From the NCBI GenBank assembly GCA_963682135.1, contig OY821645.1, positions 736,001-800,000 on the forward strand: a stretch of 64,000 bases of DNA, read 5' to 3'. The notes below the pieces were generated by a model, which made no database searches, was not told the origin of the DNA, and saw only the letters and a program-made list of their open reading frames with translations. Origin of the DNA: Methanothrix sp. Lineage in GTDB: Archaea; Halobacteriota; Methanosarcinia; Methanotrichales; Methanotrichaceae. Both the position numbers and the translations under genes were made by a program. Positions 59,764 to 64,000 of this stretch are shown here, one piece after another (position 1 is the stretch's first letter; every line of letters starts with the position of its first letter).

Positions 59764-60023
59764 CTAACGATCAACAGGGATTGTAACATCCACTACCTGG
59801 CCCACCTGCCACTCCTGGCTGTGGGTTGCGACAACCACAGCTCCGAGGCGCGGATCGGCTCCCCTAGCCGCAGCGGACGAGGCGTGGAGGCGGTGCAAGG
59901 CCGCGGTGCGGGAGCGCGGCCCTCCACGATGACGAGCGAGCCGCGGTGGATGTCGGGCAGCGCCCAAGGGGCGGGGGTGATAGGGGAGAGGGCGGCGAAA
60001 GGAGTAGATATTGGGCTGTTCAC
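59764..60023 (-). pseudogene. csx3: csx3 remnant D
   Basis: SPITP..LPDIHRGSLVIVEGRAP [frameshift] ALHRLHAS...DPRLGAVVVATHSQEWQVGQVVDV. Confidence 0.92.
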
Positions 60024-60193
60024 CAGTTTTTATAAATTCTTTAATATTCCCCCGTCGGGCCATAGCTGCCTGGCTCAGCCTCAAATCATCCCTGGCTCAT
60101 CTACTTCTCTGCAGGCAGCGTCACATCCACAATCTGGCCCACCTGCCACTCCCGGCTGTGGGTTGCCACCACCACCGCTCCCAGGCGCGGATC
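59977..60193. repeat. about 217-bp direct repeat of 61202..61417 (csx3 tail + TATA-containing spacer + csx3 head)
   Basis: Near-identical by eye, including GATATTGGGCTGTTCACCAGTTTTTATAAAT and GGCTCATCTACTTCTCTGCAGGCAGCGTCACATCC. Confidence 0.92.
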
Positions 60194-60343
60194 GACTGCC
60201 CTAGCCGCAGCGGGCGAGCCGTGCTAGCCGGGTGCAGGGCCGCGGTGCGGGGGCGCGGCCCTCCACGATCACGAGCGAGCCGCGGGGGATCCCCGGGAGC
60301 GGGGGCAGGGCTGCGACCCGGCAAGGAGACGGCGATGGGAAAA
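60101..60343 (-). pseudogene. csx3: csx3 remnant C
   Basis: PIAV / LPPLPGIPRGSLVIVEGRAP / DPRLGAVVVATHSREWQVGQIVDVTLPAEK* in shifting frames. Confidence 0.92.
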
Positions 60344-60370
60344 TGATGAGAGAGGTCAATTGAGAGAACT

Positions 60371-60442
60371 TCACGCTGCATCCTTTATCTTCAGCTCGAC
60401 CTCTCTGGCCGCAATGGGCTTTGCAGGAAGCTTTCCTTCAGG
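60371..60442 (-). pseudogene. 3' remnant of a second YgiT-type zinc-finger gene
   Basis: PEGKLPAKPIAAREVELKIKDAA* aligns with AGTLLAKPLAAGEVDL of the adjacent intact gene. Confidence 0.75.
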
Positions 60443-60462
60443 GAAGTCACATCACCGTCTTC

Positions 60463-60729
60463 TCAAACACTTGCTTGGCAAGCCGGAGCATTCAGATCAA
60501 CCTCTCCGGCAGCGAGCGGCTTGGCCAGAAGTGTTCCTGCATGCAACGCCTTGCGAACCTCGTCGATCTTCCTAGCGGTCTCTAACGAATAGTAGGCTTC
60601 GTCACAATTCTCGCAAACGAAAGCCGGAATGTTTTTGATTACTACTACCATATTATTTATCTTGGCTGTGATCTCCGTTGTACCTTCGTGAAGCTTGCCG
60701 CTGCAATACTGACATTCATCTGGAATCAT
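60463..60729 (-). CDS. YgiT/MqsA-type zinc-finger protein (putative antitoxin)
   Basis: CQYC...IKNIPAFVCENCDEAYY. Confidence 0.9.
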   Translation of the reverse strand: MIPDECQYCSGKLHEGTTEITAKINNMVVVIKNIPAFVCENCDEAYYSLETARKIDEVRKALHAGTLLAKPLAAGEVDLNAPACQASV

Positions 60730-61058
60730 TTTCGTATCCTCACTCTCCCTTCAATCCATTTGTCCTCTGCTGGCCTGTAGACTGTCACAATCTTTATGTG
60801 GTCTCTGCATACGGCAACGGCCACATGGCAAAGTTGCTCACTCATGTCATGTCCAAGCATCAGGGCTTCAGGGCATGGTTTTCGTTCTGGATGTCCTTCT
60901 ATTACGTCTCCATTCATTAATAATTTTATCACATCATCGGGTGATATATCCCTCTCGAACATCCTCTCGCCTGCATGGTTAGAAAATACAATCTTGCCGG
61001 TAGCTGCAAAAAGCCTTATCCTTGCGCACAGATTTAATGACTCCCCGTCTCCACTCAT
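60726..61058 (-). CDS. DUF4258 family protein (putative RelE-like toxin)
   Basis: FSNHAGERMFERDI, G.VIE, HV.V, IVTVYRP..KW. Confidence 0.9.
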   Translation of the reverse strand: MSGDGESLNLCARIRLFAATGKIVFSNHAGERMFERDISPDDVIKLLMNGDVIEGHPERKPCPEALMLGHDMSEQLCHVAVAVCRDHIKIVTVYRPAEDKWIEGRVRIRK

Positions 61059-61125
61059 TATTTCGCTACCTCATGGCAGATACTACTATCTCAACTTTTC
61101 TCCCGAGCTGTAATGGTCAGATCGA

Positions 61126-61248
61126 TCATATATAGAAGGCGACAGTCACAGCGGGCGAGCCGCGGGGGATTTCAGGGAGCGGGGGCAGCGGCTCGACGGG
61201 AGTGATGGGGGAGAGGGCGGCGAAAGGAGGAGATATTGGGCTGTTCAC
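61126..61248 (-). pseudogene. csx3: csx3 remnant B (internally deleted, 3'-truncated)
   Basis: SPITPVEPLPPLPEIPRGS fused to PAVTVAFY*. Confidence 0.85.
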
Positions 61249-61324
61249 CAGTTTTTATAAATTTGTCAATATCCACCAGTCGGGCCATAGCTACCTGGCT
61301 AAGCTCAAATCACCCCCGGCTCAT

Positions 61325-61606
61325 CTACTTCTCTGCAGGCAGCGTCACATCCACAATCTGGCCCACCTGCCACTCCTGGCTGTGGGTTGCGACAACCACA
61401 GCTCCGAGGCGCGGATCATAGAAGGCGATGGCGGCAGCAGGCGAGGCGTGCAGGCGGTGCAGGGCCATGCCGTAGCGCCAGATGGGAGCCCGTCCCTCCA
61501 CGATGACGAGCGAGCCGCGGGGGATCTCGGGGAGAGAGGGCAGGGGCTCGGAGGGGGTGATGGGTGAGGGGACGGCGATGGAATAGAGGACGGGGGCGGC
61601 GATCAT
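61325..61606 (-). CDS. csx3: CRISPR-associated ring nuclease Csx3/Crn3
   Basis: VIVEGRAPIWRYG..LH.LH...AFYDPRLGAVVVATH; ATGA-coupled to upstream CARF nuclease. Confidence 0.92.
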   Translation of the reverse strand: MIAAPVLYSIAVPSPITPSEPLPSLPEIPRGSLVIVEGRAPIWRYGMALHRLHASPAAAIAFYDPRLGAVVVATHSQEWQVGQIVDVTLPAEK

Positions 61607-62856
61607 CTTGACACCCTCCCACCCAACATGAATATTTCTGATAATTTCTTCACGATCTTTTGGTCGTTATTCAATTTCATCTCTGCGAGTTCCTTAATAT
61701 GCATGCTTGGGATTATAGTGCAATTGTAGAGTTCCGCCCTATCTGAAATAGAATCTTTAATATCATTGCCTTTGAGTACGTTTGGAGAGGTTGTTGCAAG
61801 ATAGGATTTTATGTTGAGTGCACCTAATTGTCTTTTTACAGCTTCCACCTTATAGAGTGTTTCATTGCCTGAAGGATCATGTTTTTGGTCACCGGTCTTG
61901 CATTCAATAAAGCGCAGTGATTGGTTATGCATAAATGCAATGTCCCAGTCGTTCTTCACCTCTTTTTTTGACGCCTTAAAATCCAATTTTTTTCTTGGAT
62001 GAATGCCCAATCGAACGTCAGTAATTCCCAAATCAGGTGAATAATCTGTAAGAATTCCCCAGATAAATTCTTCCAACCAGCCTCCGGTTAAGAATTGCAC
62101 AGCATGACGCTTTAGAAGTCCATTAAGGAGTCCCTCATTATCATTAAGGCTAAATAAACTTGAAATCAGATCTCTAATAATTTCATCTTTTATTTCTAGG
62201 TTGACTAAAGTAATGCCCTTTTCTCTTGCCTTGGATCTGGCTTTCTCTAAGTTATCTCCATAGACCTCATTGAACCTATTATCCAAATCTTTCATTATCT
62301 TATGAGCAATATTAATATTTGCAGAGAGATGGACTGATAAATCAAGCAATTTTCTAGCACGCTCTTCACCTTCCTGGATAACATCCTCTTTCTTGAGATA
62401 GTCAAAGCCGTATCCTGCAAGGAATTCTTTAACTTTCAATTCATATTTCAACTCCATAAGTGAGCCGTCAGAGAAGTCAATAGCCTTTTTTTGAGCAATA
62501 ATCGGAACATAGAGTATTTTTGCATTTCTTCCTTTGAAGAATTCATATGCTGCTATAGACATTGGTTTGGTGCCGCCTGTAATATTAATAGTCCATTCTG
62601 CATCTGGATGTTTTGAAAGAAGCGTCCCAAGCAATTTCTTTGTAGCTTCGATGGAATTCTCTTCTTTAAGCGATTTAATTCTGCAAATCGGCTTCTTTGA
62701 ATGTCCCATTCTCAATGCCCTTATTAAGTTCGAAGCCCCTCTCTTGACTTTCATTCCTGGTGTTTCAAGCAAAATAAGAAGGTCAGGCTCAATTGTATGA
62801 ACCGTTAATAGGTTTGGAACATGCTGATCGCTTATTAGGCACACCATGACCTTCAT
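61603..62856 (-). CDS. CARF + PD-(D/E)XK nuclease effector (Can2/Card1, DUF1887)
   Basis: LISDQHVPN, NITGGTKPMS, GGWLEE, NDWD...FIECK. Confidence 0.9.
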   Translation of the reverse strand: MKVMVCLISDQHVPNLLTVHTIEPDLLILLETPGMKVKRGASNLIRALRMGHSKKPICRIKSLKEENSIEATKKLLGTLLSKHPDAEWTINITGGTKPMSIAAYEFFKGRNAKILYVPIIAQKKAIDFSDGSLMELKYELKVKEFLAGYGFDYLKKEDVIQEGEERARKLLDLSVHLSANINIAHKIMKDLDNRFNEVYGDNLEKARSKAREKGITLVNLEIKDEIIRDLISSLFSLNDNEGLLNGLLKRHAVQFLTGGWLEEFIWGILTDYSPDLGITDVRLGIHPRKKLDFKASKKEVKNDWDIAFMHNQSLRFIECKTGDQKHDPSGNETLYKVEAVKRQLGALNIKSYLATTSPNVLKGNDIKDSISDRAELYNCTIIPSMHIKELAEMKLNNDQKIVKKLSEIFMLGGRVSR

Positions 62857-64000
62857 CTTCTTCCTCTCCCGTCTCTTGGCTTGTGGCTAGTCTCTTTCTT
62901 TGCGCCAATGGCAGCAAAATTATATATGCCCTCCTTTTCCATGACTCCGTTTATCTCCAGCTTTGTCTTTTGGTTGATTTCAACAGATGGCGGTGTTCCG
63001 AGCACTACAAGACCACCAAATCCATCATCTGCCATGAAATAGGATGCATTTCTCTTCTCTTTCGGATCGGGAACTTTTGTGACTTCTATGGTATCGCCTT
63101 TCTTATGCCTCATCATTCGGATTGGCTGTGGCCGGTTCTGTGGATGTGGCTTATCCATGATTGAAGACTCAGCAGCCGAATCCTTGGCCTCTATTGACCT
63201 TCTGCCCGTTTGATCAGAACCTACAGGAATTAACCGTCCATAGCCTGCGTTTGTCTTGCCACCAATGCCCCATTCCTGTAGCGCATCAGAGAGCAGCTCG
63301 AAGACCTTCGTAGCCCAATCATCGCCAATTGGCCCTGAAACGTCGCAAGATACTGCAACCTGGAAGGTTCCCACGATTGATAGAAAAGTTACTGGATTTG
63401 GATCATCAAAGTCCGTCGGCGCAATATTGCCCGTCTCATCAGAGTAGTAATCGCCATGATGCGGTGTCATCACATCAAGCTGAAGCGATCCTTCAAGGCT
63501 ATCGGGAGTGATCCAGGCATCATGGAAGATGATATGCCCTGAGTCCTCGGTCGTTCCGAAGATGGCCTTATGGTATTCACCGCTCAGCTTGAATTTCTCA
63601 TCAGCCGCCCCCCATGCCTGATCACAATAGTGAGCTGCAAGGCCCTTCAGAGCTGAGCCTGGAATCAATGGGGTTCCATAGGTATGGTTCAGGGTAAGCC
63701 CGGTTTCAAGGACATTTTCTCCGCCAAGGCCGATGATCATTCGACCATCTGTGCGATAGAATCCTTTGGACTTCAAATTCCTGAGCGCGTACTCTTGCCT
63801 TTGATAAGCCGCTTCGTAGGTCTCTCTGGACTGAACAAGCGATTGGCGCATCGCCTCAAACAGCTCTCTGCGGGATTGAGGATGGTTTTTCTTGTCTTTT
63901 ACAGCTACGCGGAGAAACCTGTCTCTCAAAAGTCCCGCATTATCGCCATTTTTGTCGAAATCCCACCATGCTGAAATAGCTGATCTGCAAGCTTCGGCCA
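62853..64000 (-). CDS. cmr6: type III-B CRISPR RAMP Cmr6 with C-terminal extension (5' end at window edge)
   Basis: NAGLL.DRF, IGLG..NVLETG, P.IPGSALKG, DVMTPH, DPNPV.FL, GIGGKTNAGYG; frame open to 64000. Confidence 0.95.
   Translation of the reverse strand, partial: AEACRSAISAWWDFDKNGDNAGLLRDRFLRVAVKDKKNHPQSRRELFEAMRQSLVQSRETYEAAYQRQEYALRNLKSKGFYRTDGRMIIGLGGENVLETGLTLNHTYGTPLIPGSALKGLAAHYCDQAWGAADEKFKLSGEYHKAIFGTTEDSGHIIFHDAWITPDSLEGSLQLDVMTPHHGDYYSDETGNIAPTDFDDPNPVTFLSIVGTFQVAVSCDVSGPIGDDWATKVFELLSDALQEWGIGGKTNAGYGRLIPVGSDQTGRRSIEAKDSAAESSIMDKPHPQNRPQPIRMMRHKKGDTIEVTKVPDPKEKRNASYFMADDGFGGLVVLGTPPSVEINQKTKLEINGVMEKEGIYNFAAIGAKKETSHKPRDGRGRR

Noticed and set aside
58478-61606. Repeats next to cas genes as a CRISPR array
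   Set aside because: Units range from 27 to about 260 bp, are irregularly spaced, translate as Csx3 and enclose whole genes; there is no 25-45-bp repeat/spacer periodicity.
58478-61606. Diversity-generating retroelement template/variable repeats
   Set aside because: Differences are indels and silent changes, not adenine-specific, and there is no reverse transcriptase in the window.

Overview
Archaeal chromosomal DNA, most likely from a Methanothrix-like methanogen. This is inferred from methanogenesis marker 8, DUF2098/DUF2117, RFAP synthase, a GHMP-type shikimate kinase, an ADP-dependent sugar kinase and TATA-type promoters. Housekeeping blocks (gpmI, pcm, aroA, msrBA, mrp-surE-aroK-aroQ-purE, hmgA-pheA-cbiK, lhr, purA) alternate with accessory patches. 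These are an AT-rich SGNH+MBOAT pair (4.7-6.9 kb), a mosaic with a SIR2-like gene and several pseudogenes (8-15.5 kb), an AbiE/ART-like/structured-element island (40.4-43.7 kb) and the tail of a type III-B CRISPR-Cas operon (cmr6 - Can2/Card1-like CARF nuclease - csx3) at the right edge. The most striking feature is 58.3-61.6 kb. Downstream of the intact csx3 ring-nuclease gene lie five decayed csx3 copies in the same orientation, with three toxin-antitoxin pairs between them, and the array ends in a junction to a probable csb2 fragment. It looks like a cassette array that uses csx3 as its repeat. Other non-obvious elements are a fluoride-riboswitch-like RNA with a competing terminator upstream of aroA, an orphan TnpB right end/reRNA, a heavily base-paired ~330-nt non-coding element, and two paralogous unannotated zinc-ribbon microproteins. 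I saw no CRISPR array, tRNA or rRNA. All family calls come from motif recognition by eye, not database searches.
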